Position numbers and translations under genes: made by a program. From Candidatus Micrarchaeota archaeon (GTDB lineage Archaea; Micrarchaeota; Micrarchaeia; Burarchaeales; JAKAKT01), in contig CAZYPB010000002.1 of the NCBI GenBank assembly GCA_964649265.1, positions 1 to 46,037 of the forward strand: a DNA stretch of 46,037 nt, read 5' to 3'. The notes under the pieces were generated by a model, which had not been told where the DNA came from, did not search any database, and saw only the letters and a program-made list of their open reading frames with translations. Every line of letters starts with the position of its first letter. Position 1 is the stretch's first letter. Below are positions 1 through 8,903 of the stretch, piece after piece.

Positions 1-303
1 AGATCCATTTGTATCGAGCTTGTTACTCAGACCAAGGTCCTTAACTCTTGTAAGGAAATAACCGATATCCTTCTGCATAAGCGGCTCTCCACCAGTAAGG
101 GTGACTCCATCAATAAGATTCTTTCTTGTCTCTATCTTCTCTAAAACAGTCTCAATGTCTATATCCTTTACTTCATGGCTTCTAAGAACAAGATCCGGGT
201 TCTGGCAGAAAGGGCACCTATAGTTGCATCCTCCTGTGAACACAGTTATGCAGATATTATCAGGATAGTCTATTACAGAAGTCTGAAATCCTTTTATGTG
301 CAA
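1..303 (-). CDS. nrdG: Anaerobic ribonucleotide reductase activating protein (radical SAM), first 101 codons; runs off the window
   Basis: Not in the ORF track because it is open at the window edge. My minus-strand translation from TTG at 303 reads LHIKGFQTSVIDYPDNICITVFTGGCNYRCPFCQNPDLV...GVTLTGGEPLMQKDIGYFLTRVKDLGLSNKLDTNGS. It has the CxxxCxxC radical-SAM motif (CNYRCPFC) and a GGEP motif. It starts 5 nt after the nrdD stop. Confidence 0.8.
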   Translation of the reverse strand, partial: MHIKGFQTSVIDYPDNICITVFTGGCNYRCPFCQNPDLVLRSHEVKDIDIETVLEKIETRKNLIDGVTLTGGEPLMQKDIGYFLTRVKDLGLSNKLDTNGS

Positions 304-308
304 CGAAT

Positions 309-2468
309 CTACCTTACGGTTACCCTTGCTCCGTATTTACTTGCAACTGAAGCGACTTCCCGATATTCCTTCCTGTCACTGAACTCCTGCTTCTTCCCGA
401 GGTTCCAGTTCTGCACTGGTCTGAAATAACCAACAACTCTACTATATACTTCACAGCTCCTATTGCAGTTATCAGAGCCTCCGTTCTTAGGTTTTGGGCA
501 ATTGAAGTGCCTTCCAGATACATATCCGTGTTCTGGACAAACACTGAATGTTGGGGTTATTGTGTAGTATGGGAGCCTGAAGTTGTGGGCTATCCTCTTT
601 ACTAGCTTTCCACATGCTTCTGGGCTACTTATCTTCTCACCGACAAATCCATGGAAAACTGTTCCTCCTGTGTACTTTGTCTGAAGTTCGTCCTGATGCT
701 CAAGTGCTTCAAACAGATCGTCAGTGTATCCTACTGGAAGTTGCGTTGAATTGGTGTAATATGGTGAAGCTCCGTTTCTGAACGCCTCTTCATTGGAGGT
801 TATTATATCCTTGTATTTGAGCTTGTCTATCTTTGCAAACCTGTAGCTTGTCCCTTCAGCAGGGGTTGCCTCTAGGTTGTAAAGGACACCTGTTCTGTCT
901 TGGAATTCTCTGAATTTTTCCCTCATATGATCAAGAACCCGCAGTGTGAACGATCTTCCCTCCTTCGTTGCTATTCCTGCTTGCATAAAGTTTAGAAGTG
1001 CCTCATTCATTCCGTTAATTCCTATTGTTGAGAAATGGTTGTTCAAGTTGCGCATGTACCTCTTTGAATAAGGCATAAGTCCGTTGTCTATGTTTCGCTG
1101 GACAACATCCCTCTTTATCTCAAGCGATCTACTTGCGAGTTCCATAAGCCTATCCAGTTGCTCAAGGAATTGGTTTTCGTTCTTTGAGAGATATCCTATA
1201 CGGGCCAGATTTATTGTTACAACACCCACTGATCCAGTCATCTCACCAGCACCGAACAATCCTCCTCCTCTGCTCTTCAGCTCCCTTGTATCTAATTGCA
1301 GTCTGCAACACATACTTCTAACATCACTTGGCTTCAGAGAACTGTTTACAAAGTTTTGGAAATATGGAAGACCGTATTTTGCAGTCACATCAAAAAGAAG
1401 GTGCGCGTTTTCATCATCCCAATCGAAATCCCTTGTTATATTGTATGTTGGTATTGGGAATGTGAACGCCCTTCCATTTGCATCTCCCTCAGTCATTACC
1501 TCTATGAATGCTTTGTTTAGCAGTGCCATCTCATCGACACAATCACCATATGTAAAATTCTGTTCCTTTCCGCCAACAACCGCTTTCCTGCTTTCCATAT
1601 CATCCGGAACAGTCCAATCAATGGTTATGTTGGAGAACGGAGTTTGGCCTCCCCACCTACTTGGGACATTCATGTTAAACACATATCCCTGTAGCGCCTG
1701 TTTGATTTTTTTGTATTCTAGGTTATCTGATTTTATGAACGGGGCAAGGTAAGTATCAAACGAACTGAAAGCCTGTGCGCCTGCCCATTCATTCTGCAGT
1801 GTACCCATGAAGTTTATCATCTGCCAGAGTGTAGAGTTAAGGTGTTTTGGGGGCTTTGAATCTATCTTCCCAGGAACCCCATTGAATCCTTCGGTTACAA
1901 GCTGTCTAAGGCTCCATCCTGCGCAGTAACCTGAAATACCCATTGAAAGATCATGTATATGTATATCTCCGTTTTTGTGCGCCTCACTTATCTCAGGAGG
2001 ATATATGTTGCTCAGTGTATAGTTTGCAACAACAGTGCCTGCTGCGTGCATAAGAAGGCCTGAAAGAGAATATGCGGAGTTGCTGTTCTCATTAACTCTC
2101 CAATCACTCCTTCTAAGATAGCTGTCTATGGTCCTGTCAATATAATCCACGACCATTTTGGTTTCCCTTATCTTCGCTCTCTGGTCCCTGTAAAGTATGT
2201 ATGCTTTGGCTGTCTTCGCATGCCCTTCCTCTATGAGCACTTTTTCCACAATATCCTGTACATCCTCAATCTCCGGCACTTCCCAGCTCTTAAATTTCCT
2301 CTCAAGGGCAATCAGAACTTTGTCAGCTAGGTAATCTGCAAGTTTTCTATCGCTCCCTCCAACTGCCTTGGCTGCTTTGAATATAGCATTGGATATCTTT
2401 ATCTGGTCAAACTCAACAACGCGTCCATCCCGTTTACGCAATTTCTTTATTTTTGAGTTGAAGGGCAT
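309..2468 (-). CDS. nrdD: Anaerobic (class III) ribonucleoside-triphosphate reductase with N-terminal ATP-cone
   Basis: 719-aa ORF. ATP-cone-like N-terminus (KRDGRVVEFDQIKISNAIFKAAKAVGG). C-terminal Cys cluster (CPEHG..CPKP..CNRSC) followed by the glycyl-radical motif RVVGYFRP. SD-like GAGGTGA lies on the minus strand at 2475-2481. nrdG follows immediately. Confidence 0.95.
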   Translation of the reverse strand: MPFNSKIKKLRKRDGRVVEFDQIKISNAIFKAAKAVGGSDRKLADYLADKVLIALERKFKSWEVPEIEDVQDIVEKVLIEEGHAKTAKAYILYRDQRAKIRETKMVVDYIDRTIDSYLRRSDWRVNENSNSAYSLSGLLMHAAGTVVANYTLSNIYPPEISEAHKNGDIHIHDLSMGISGYCAGWSLRQLVTEGFNGVPGKIDSKPPKHLNSTLWQMINFMGTLQNEWAGAQAFSSFDTYLAPFIKSDNLEYKKIKQALQGYVFNMNVPSRWGGQTPFSNITIDWTVPDDMESRKAVVGGKEQNFTYGDCVDEMALLNKAFIEVMTEGDANGRAFTFPIPTYNITRDFDWDDENAHLLFDVTAKYGLPYFQNFVNSSLKPSDVRSMCCRLQLDTRELKSRGGGLFGAGEMTGSVGVVTINLARIGYLSKNENQFLEQLDRLMELASRSLEIKRDVVQRNIDNGLMPYSKRYMRNLNNHFSTIGINGMNEALLNFMQAGIATKEGRSFTLRVLDHMREKFREFQDRTGVLYNLEATPAEGTSYRFAKIDKLKYKDIITSNEEAFRNGASPYYTNSTQLPVGYTDDLFEALEHQDELQTKYTGGTVFHGFVGEKISSPEACGKLVKRIAHNFRLPYYTITPTFSVCPEHGYVSGRHFNCPKPKNGGSDNCNRSCEVYSRVVGYFRPVQNWNLGKKQEFSDRKEYREVASVASKYGARVTVR

Positions 2469-2499
2469 ATATACTCACCTCGTTATTTTTTTGTGCGTT

Positions 2500-2540
2500 G
2501 ACATACTACCTGTTGTGGTCTTGCGCAGATAGACATACTA
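2500..2540 (-). promoter_or_regulatory. Direct repeat GACATACTA x2 (32-nt spacing) upstream of nrdD
   Basis: Copies at 2500-2508 and 2532-2540. TATA-like TTTATAGGGTTTATAAA sits at 2541-2557, immediately distal to the second copy. The nrdD ATG is at 2468. Confidence 0.3.
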
Positions 2541-2858
2541 TTTATAGGGTTTATAAACCTTTTGCTTGAAATACACGTTCACTCCGAAAGCAAGAGAAAG
2601 TTCGCTTTTTCTTAGTGTTTTTGAAACCTATTCTACGAGGTTATTTTCCGCTTTCAGGCATAAAAAGAGCCCATGGGGAGGCTACACTTTTCTTTTATCT
2701 TTTAAAACCCTAAAAAAGAAAAGAATCCTTTTTTTTAGATAAAAAAACACCATACGTCTTTTTTCAGCTGAAAAAGCCTTTTATTATCTCTTTTTACCCG
2801 TATCTTCCCTAAAATCTCTTTTTTTATTTTCTATTACCTTTTTCAACTGACATTTTAG

Positions 2859-4013
2859 CTATTTTTTCCTTTTGTTTTTGTCTAAACGAGTTTTAATCCC
2901 CATTATTTTTTCCAATTCAACGCTCATTTTTTCAGCATTAAAATCAGTATACGTTCCCTCAAGTTTCTTTTTTTTCTCGTATGATAGTGCCGCCCGTTCC
3001 AGATCCTCATATTCCTCGTGAGGCACCTCACAGACCTTACTCACCTTTTTCTCCACCTCCGAATTCTTTGATGCACGAACAGCATCCATTATCTTGTTCT
3101 TTCTCTTTTCATTGCCCATATCGAAGACAAGAAACTCGCTGTTTTCCAACTCTGATACCGACCTAAGCCAATCGATATTCTCACTCACAAGCCTTCTGAA
3201 GAGGTGCTGATCCTTTACCTTTCTCTTAAGCAGTTTCATCTCCATGTCTGCCATCTCAAGAATCTCCTCCGGCTGCTCCTTCAATCCGGAGATCTTAAGA
3301 AAATCTTCGAATTCATCAAAAGAAAGCATATCCTTTGGTTTTGGAAAACCAAGCTCAAACAACCCGGGGTCAGAAGAGCTAACAGATACAAGTTTCAGTG
3401 CTGGCGTTTTCTTTAGTTTTGAAATTTGCTCTTCTCTCCAGCTACTATAAACATTTAGCAAAGAGGTTATCTCATCGTATCTCTTCTTTTTTTTCTCAAG
3501 GTCATCTATGCTTCGAATTTCCTTAAGTTCATAAATACTATCCTTTAGTGAATCTATTTTCGTGTCAATAACCTTTTCTATTTCATTTAGTTGATCATCT
3601 ATTCTGGCCATCTCTGAGAAGAGGGTCTCAAGTTCTTTAAGTTCTCCCAGAACTGATTTCGCTTCTCTGAATTTCTTTACCTTTATGTGTTCCATTGCTT
3701 TTCCGAGAATTTTGGAATGGCTCTCCTGGAGCTCCTTTTTCTCATAGAGTCCGTTTATCTCATTGACAATTCTCCAGAATTCCCTTCCAACCTTCTTTAC
3801 CTTTCTTGAGAATTTTATCTTTGTTGCTATGTCTCCCTTTTCAACGTCTTCAGTTCTTCCATCAAGTGTTTCCATATTTCCTATTAGTTCCCTTATCCTT
3901 CTACAGATATCAAGTGCTTTGTAGGCCTTACTCCCCCCGGTCTCCTCTATCCGTTTCTCAAGCGCAGACTTATCATTAATCAGTCTATCTACTTTTGTCT
4001 TAAGCTCATCCAT
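2859..4013 (-). CDS. Hypothetical K/E-rich coiled-coil protein (384 aa), last gene of the folate operon
   Basis: Long ORF with heptad-like charged composition and no motif I recognise. Its start is 8 nt after the purN stop on the same strand. Plus-strand ORFs in this span are short shadows. Confidence 0.6.
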   Translation of the reverse strand: MDELKTKVDRLINDKSALEKRIEETGGSKAYKALDICRRIRELIGNMETLDGRTEDVEKGDIATKIKFSRKVKKVGREFWRIVNEINGLYEKKELQESHSKILGKAMEHIKVKKFREAKSVLGELKELETLFSEMARIDDQLNEIEKVIDTKIDSLKDSIYELKEIRSIDDLEKKKKRYDEITSLLNVYSSWREEQISKLKKTPALKLVSVSSSDPGLFELGFPKPKDMLSFDEFEDFLKISGLKEQPEEILEMADMEMKLLKRKVKDQHLFRRLVSENIDWLRSVSELENSEFLVFDMGNEKRKNKIMDAVRASKNSEVEKKVSKVCEVPHEEYEDLERAALSYEKKKKLEGTYTDFNAEKMSVELEKIMGIKTRLDKNKRKK

Positions 4014-4021
4014 CCAATCCC

Positions 4022-4633
4022 CTAATATTTTTTGTAAGACACTTTTCTTCCATTGATCTCATATTTGCCCTTAGAAAACGAGTCAACGACAAGAGGGAGT
4101 CCAATATGTTCTCTTTCAAGTATTTTCAGTGAAACCTCTTCTCCAGTACTACAATCACTTATGTCAACAGCCTCTTGGTATATAACAGCTCCTCCATCCA
4201 GGCTGTCATCAACAAAATGTATAGTATAACCGGAAACAATCGTACCGTATTCAAACGCATCCTTCTGTGCATGCGCTCCTGGGAAAGCCGGAAGCAATGA
4301 AGGGTGTATGTTTATCATCTTTCCCCTGTAGGATCCTAGTAAACCTTTGTCCTTTATTATCCTCATATATCCTGCAAGGACAACAAGATCAACATTGAGT
4401 GAATTCAATTCTTTCATAATTCCCCTATCGTGTTCCAAGCGGTCAGCATAATCTTTAGGGTCTATGACCTTCTTAGGTATCCCATGGTCCTCTGCCCTTT
4501 TCAGTGCCTTTGCATCGGGATTATCCGTTATCAAGATAACTATTTTGGCATCAACACGCCCGCTTTCTACTCCGTCAATTATGGACTGAAAATCCGTACC
4601 TCTGCCACTGGCGAGAACAGCGATGTTTATCAT
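4022..4633 (-). CDS. purN: Phosphoribosylglycinamide formyltransferase (GAR transformylase)
   Basis: MINIAVLASGRGTDFQSII N-terminus and the INIHPSLLPAFPG formyltransferase motif. 203 aa, typical PurN length. Confidence 0.9.
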   Translation of the reverse strand: MINIAVLASGRGTDFQSIIDGVESGRVDAKIVILITDNPDAKALKRAEDHGIPKKVIDPKDYADRLEHDRGIMKELNSLNVDLVVLAGYMRIIKDKGLLGSYRGKMINIHPSLLPAFPGAHAQKDAFEYGTIVSGYTIHFVDDSLDGGAVIYQEAVDISDCSTGEEVSLKILEREHIGLPLVVDSFSKGKYEINGRKVSYKKY

Positions 4634-4641
4634 GATCAGAT

Positions 4642-5217
4642 TTAGATTCTAATATTAAAAACGTTTATCACTCGTTTTTCAGTTATAACCACATCTATAG
4701 GTACGTCATGGGGAAGGGTAGGAATAGAGTCTATTATTTGAAAATCAAACCCAAGCGCTATTTTTGGGCACTCTACGTGCTTCAGTAGCCTATCAAAAAA
4801 AGCGCCCCCCCTCCCTAGCCTATGGCCGCGCTCATCAAATGCAATCCCAGGTATTACAGCTAAATCGATTCCAGATGTAGGAAATACTTCTGGCTTCCCT
4901 ATTGGTTCGAGTATTCCAATATACCCCGGGCTGAGTTCCTCAAGGTGGGATATTCTGTGAAGAGTCATAATCTTTGTTTTGTGATTGACCTTTGGAACAA
5001 CAACCGATTTTCCATCAGAAATAGCCTCAGCTATTATCTCTCTTGTAGATACCTCTTTCTCAATAGAGACATAAAATAGGATTGTTTTCGCATCTTTGTA
5101 TTCCCCAAGCTTCTTAAGGGAGTTCCTTATCCTTTCGCTTTTTTCACGTATATCAGATTCTGTCTGTTTTGAAAGAAGCTCTTTCATATGTTTACGTATC
5201 TCTTTTTTTGGACTCAT
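4642..5217 (-). CDS. 5-formyltetrahydrofolate cyclo-ligase (MTHFS)
   Basis: 191 aa. GIAFDERGHRLGRGGAFFDRLL matches the G-x-G-G-x-[FY]-[FY]-D-R signature of the family as I recall it. Its start overlaps the folC stop by 4 nt (ATGA). Confidence 0.85.
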   Translation of the reverse strand: MSPKKEIRKHMKELLSKQTESDIREKSERIRNSLKKLGEYKDAKTILFYVSIEKEVSTREIIAEAISDGKSVVVPKVNHKTKIMTLHRISHLEELSPGYIGILEPIGKPEVFPTSGIDLAVIPGIAFDERGHRLGRGGAFFDRLLKHVECPKIALGFDFQIIDSIPTLPHDVPIDVVITEKRVINVFNIRI

Positions 5218-6482
5218 TGCGTTATCACCGGAGGATTTCCTCGAGCTTCAGCAAGCATATATATTGAACCAGCAATACATATTAAATCATCACTACTGGA
5301 GATCTTTTCTGCCATCTCCAGAGAGCACATGACATCCCTAACTGAAATCACTTTCCTACAATACTTCTTTGCAATACAAAAGAGACCTGCAGAGCTAAAC
5401 GCTCTCCCAACCTTGGGTTGATTTGTTATAATAATATCTGCATCCCCTCCTAGATTTCTTATGAACCCTTCGTGGTTTTTGTCTGCCATCATTCCAATAA
5501 CAAGGACAAGGTTGTTGTAATCAAAAAGTTTTAATGAGTCAGAAAGCGCAGCTGCAGCATCTGGGTTATGTGCACAATCCATCAGGATCCTAGGTTTTTT
5601 AGAGGTCACCTCTGTTCTGCATGGAAGTACTGCTTCTCCAACTCCCTTTTCAATGCACTCTGAATCAACACCGATCTCCTCAGCAAGTCCGACTGCAACA
5701 GCAGCGTTTCTTCCCTGGTGTCTCCCTAACATGGATGAGGAGATTTCGTATGCAGTTTTGACCCCTGAGATAAGAAACCTATTCACGTTATCCGTGCATT
5801 CGATTTCCTGGAGCTTGATATCCTTTCCAACTATCCTGAGATCCGAGTTCCTTTGTTTGCAAACAGTCTTTATCTGTCCAAGCGGCACAGGCTTTTTTTC
5901 AGCAGTTATAATAACACTGTTTCTCCTAACAATCCCAGCCTTTTCAGCAGCAATATCCTTCAAACCCGTCCCAAGAACATCCGTGTGATCCAACCCAACA
6001 GAGGTTATTGCACCGATAGAAGATTGTGCAATATTTGTTGCATCCAGCCTTCCCCCTAAACCTGCTTCAAGAACAGCATAATCAACCTCTTCTTCATGGA
6101 AATACACGAAAGACATGCATGTTACAAACTCAAAAAAGGTTACAGCTTCTCTCCCCATTGCTTTGCTTACTGTTTCATAGAGTTCAGCTATTCTTCCTTT
6201 GCTAATCTCCTTGTCATTAATACACATTCTTTCACTGAACCTATCTATATGGGGCGATAGGTATCTCCCAGTTCTAAAACCTCCTCTCTTAAGCGCAGAA
6301 GAGGTCATGGCAACAACAGATCCCTTGCCATTGGTTCCTGAAACCAGCACCGAGCTGAAGCTCTTCTGCGGGTTGTTTAGTTTTTTAAGAAGCTTCTCCA
6401 TTCCCTTGAGATATTGTCTGGGAGCCATCCTACTTCCAAGAGAACATATGCTATCCAATGCCTCATTATAAGAGAGGGCCAT
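5214..6482 (-). CDS. folC: Folylpolyglutamate synthase / dihydrofolate synthase
   Basis: 422 aa with the Mur-ligase/FPGS P-loop VSGTNGKGSV. Its ATG lies 1 nt after the folD stop. Confidence 0.9.
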   Translation of the reverse strand: MALSYNEALDSICSLGSRMAPRQYLKGMEKLLKKLNNPQKSFSSVLVSGTNGKGSVVAMTSSALKRGGFRTGRYLSPHIDRFSERMCINDKEISKGRIAELYETVSKAMGREAVTFFEFVTCMSFVYFHEEEVDYAVLEAGLGGRLDATNIAQSSIGAITSVGLDHTDVLGTGLKDIAAEKAGIVRRNSVIITAEKKPVPLGQIKTVCKQRNSDLRIVGKDIKLQEIECTDNVNRFLISGVKTAYEISSSMLGRHQGRNAAVAVGLAEEIGVDSECIEKGVGEAVLPCRTEVTSKKPRILMDCAHNPDAAAALSDSLKLFDYNNLVLVIGMMADKNHEGFIRNLGGDADIIITNQPKVGRAFSSAGLFCIAKKYCRKVISVRDVMCSLEMAEKISSSDDLICIAGSIYMLAEARGNPPVITQ

Positions 6483-6483
6483 C

Positions 6484-7311
6484 CTACTTACCAGCTTTGC
6501 ATGCGGAAAGGGTGTTCTTCATGAGCATTGCGACAGTCATGGGTCCAACCCCGCCCGGAACGGGTGTTATGTATGATGTTTTGTCCCTTACATTCTGGAA
6601 ATCAACATCTCCAATGAGCTTTCCATCAACCCTGCTTATACCGACATCGATAACAACCGCGTTTTCCTTTACCATATCTGCAGTTATGGTCTTAGGTTTG
6701 CCGATTGCAATAACCAGTATATCTGCTCTGCTTGTGTGTTCTTTCAGATCTGTTGTTTTGGAATGACAGAGCGTCACCGTTGCATTCCTATGCATCAGAA
6801 GCATTGCCACTGGCTTTCCAACGATGTTGCTTCTCCCTACAACAACTACATGTTTTCCACTTATTTCTATGCCATAGTATTCAAGAAGTTTGATTATTCC
6901 CTTTGGAGTGCACGGGACAATCCCTTCTTTCCCGGAAAGAAGCTTCCCAAGGTTCTCAGGATGTATCCCATCAACATCCTTTGAAGGATCAATGGAATGT
7001 ATTATTATATCCTGGTCGATGTGCTCCGGTAATGGGAGTTGGACAAGTATCCCATGGTCTTCCCCACAGTTCAATTCGCCTATGAGTTTAAGAAGTTCCT
7101 TCTGAGTTGTTTCCTCTGGGAGCATATGGTTGTCAGTATATATGCCGACCTTCTCACATGCCCTCTCCTTTAGCCCAAGGTATACTTTTGAGGCCTCGTC
7201 TTCACCAACTCTAACTAGAGCAAGTCTTGGGCGCAAGCCGGATCTCTTTATCTCTTCAGAAATGTCCCCCAATATCCTGTTTGAAACTTCCTTTCCATCC
7301 ATCACTTTCAT
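6484..7311 (-). CDS. folD: Bifunctional methylene-THF dehydrogenase / methenyl-THF cyclohydrolase
   Basis: FolD-like throughout (MDGKEVSNRI..., VVVVGRSNIVGKPVAMLL, ITPVPGGVGPMTVAML). The ORF track starts at 7335, but that overlaps glyA by 14 nt. I prefer the ATG at 7311 (MKVMDGK); 7302 is also possible. Confidence 0.9.
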   Translation of the reverse strand: MKVMDGKEVSNRILGDISEEIKRSGLRPRLALVRVGEDEASKVYLGLKERACEKVGIYTDNHMLPEETTQKELLKLIGELNCGEDHGILVQLPLPEHIDQDIIIHSIDPSKDVDGIHPENLGKLLSGKEGIVPCTPKGIIKLLEYYGIEISGKHVVVVGRSNIVGKPVAMLLMHRNATVTLCHSKTTDLKEHTSRADILVIAIGKPKTITADMVKENAVVIDVGISRVDGKLIGDVDFQNVRDKTSYITPVPGGVGPMTVAMLMKNTLSACKAGK

Positions 7312-7321
7312 AAAATACAAC

Positions 7322-8557
7322 TCAAAGATCCTCATAAACCGGGAACTTACTGCAGAGCTCAGTTACCTCTGTTCTAACTTCCCTTATTTTTTCTACATTC
7401 TGTACATCTGAAAGTACTTTATCGATCAGACCTGCAACAAAGACCATGTCGTTCTCAACCATGCCTCTTGTTGTGAGAACCGGTGTTCCTATTCTAAGTC
7501 CGCTTGTAACAAACGGAGAGCGCGTATCCTTTGGAACCATGTTCTTGTTAACCACGATCCCAGCTGCCTCAAGTGCGTTCTGGGCATCCTTTCCAGACAT
7601 GTTCTTTTTTGTTAGATCCATGAGTATTAGGTGGTTGTCAGTGCCCCCAGTAACAAGATCGTATCCTTTTCCTAAAAGCTCTTCAGAAAGCGCTTTTGCA
7701 TTCCTTACTATCTGCTCAGCATACTTCTTGAATTCAGGTTTCATTGCCTCTCCAAAACACACTGCTTTTGCTGCAATGGAGTGATCAAAAGGTCCTCCCT
7801 GCAACCCTGGGAAAACTGCTTTGTTAATGTCTTTCGCATACTCCTCTCTAGAGAGTATTAGGGCGCCTCTAGGGCCCCGCAGTGTTTTATGTGTGGTTGT
7901 TGTAACCACATCTGCAAACGGGTTTGGAGCAGGATGTGCGCCACCAGCAATAAGGCCAGCTATATGGGCAATGTCTGCCACCATATAAGCACCAACAGAA
8001 TCCGCAATCTCTCTGAACCTTTTGAAATCTATCTCTCTTGGGTAGGCAGTATAACCGCAAAGTAGAAGTTTTGGCTTCTCTTTTTTAGCAACCATTTCAA
8101 TTGAATCATAGTCAAGCAAGGAGGTCTCTGGATCTAATTCATAATGACAAACATTGTACCACTTTCCTGAGAAATTAACTCCCGACCCATGTGTAAGATG
8201 TCCCCCCTGTGGAAGGCTCAGCGCCATCATTTTTTCTCCCAATTTAAGCAGAGCAAAATAAACGGCCATGTTTGCTATTGCCCCTGCATGGGGTTGAACA
8301 TTCGCATGTTCGGCGCCGAAAAGTTGCTTTGCTCTTTCAATGGCAAGTGACTCTATCTCATCTACAACCTCGTTTCCAGCGTAGTATCTTTTGTGTGGAT
8401 ATCCTTCGGAATATTTGTTTGAAAGAACAGATCCCTGGGCTTCAAGCACTGCTTTGGAACAGTAGTTTTCACTTGCAATCATTCCGAGTGTGCTCTGCTG
8501 CCTCTCAACTTCCTTTCTAACAAGTTTTGCTACTTCAGGATCAGTATCTATTGCCAT
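7322..8557 (-). CDS. glyA: Serine hydroxymethyltransferase
   Basis: 411 aa with the PLP-lysine motif TTTTHKTLRGPRG and SHMT-like sequence over the full length. Confidence 0.95.
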   Translation of the reverse strand: MAIDTDPEVAKLVRKEVERQQSTLGMIASENYCSKAVLEAQGSVLSNKYSEGYPHKRYYAGNEVVDEIESLAIERAKQLFGAEHANVQPHAGAIANMAVYFALLKLGEKMMALSLPQGGHLTHGSGVNFSGKWYNVCHYELDPETSLLDYDSIEMVAKKEKPKLLLCGYTAYPREIDFKRFREIADSVGAYMVADIAHIAGLIAGGAHPAPNPFADVVTTTTHKTLRGPRGALILSREEYAKDINKAVFPGLQGGPFDHSIAAKAVCFGEAMKPEFKKYAEQIVRNAKALSEELLGKGYDLVTGGTDNHLILMDLTKKNMSGKDAQNALEAAGIVVNKNMVPKDTRSPFVTSGLRIGTPVLTTRGMVENDMVFVAGLIDKVLSDVQNVEKIREVRTEVTELCSKFPVYEDL

Positions 8558-8599
8558 GAATTAACCTATTGTTAAACAAGTAATATAAACTCTGTCAAG

Positions 8600-8851
8600 T
8601 CATGTCAGGAGCTTCTTTCCCTTCTCAGTTAATAGATAGACTTTACCCAGATTGTCCTCCTCAACCATGGATGGGCAAGAGGCACAGGAATCTCCTCTCC
8701 CAGGACATCCCCCCTCCAGTTTAAGGTAACCTTTCATGCACAATTCCTCAAGAGCTCCCTCAACAGCAGATGGTTCCATTCCCAGTTGCTGCGCTATCTC
8801 ATTTTCGTTGCAGAACCCCTCTCCTATAAGTTTGATTATCCTTTTCAGCAT
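8600..8851 (-). CDS. Small FeoC-like winged-helix protein with Cys cluster
   Basis: 83 aa. An HTH-like segment (NENEIAQQLGMEPSAVEGALEELCMKGYL) is followed by GGCPGRGDSCASCP. This is the same layout as FeoC (wHTH plus a C..SC.SCP cluster) as I remember it. It lies 42 nt upstream of glyA on the same strand. Confidence 0.55.
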   Translation of the reverse strand: MLKRIIKLIGEGFCNENEIAQQLGMEPSAVEGALEELCMKGYLKLEGGCPGRGDSCASCPSMVEEDNLGKVYLLTEKGKKLLT

Positions 8852-8903
8852 AGAATCAATTTTCTATCAAAACAAGCATATAAAAAACTATAGCATGGTT
8901 GCT

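Noticed and set aside
1084-1752. 222-aa plus-strand ORF inside nrdD
   Set aside because: It is antisense to a strongly conserved class III RNR and has Ser/Phe/Leu-rich junk-like sequence.
2500-2540. Bacterial-type NrdR boxes upstream of nrdD
   Set aside because: The 32-nt spacing is suggestive, but the repeats are direct (GACATACTA), not the 16-bp palindromes of NrdR boxes. No nrdR gene is visible. I kept it only as a generic operator candidate.
2690-2860. Replication origin (AT-rich unwinding element)
   Set aside because: I saw no ORB or mini-ORB-like inverted repeats and there is no orc1/cdc6 gene nearby. The A/T runs are better explained as terminators or spacer DNA between convergent and divergent genes.
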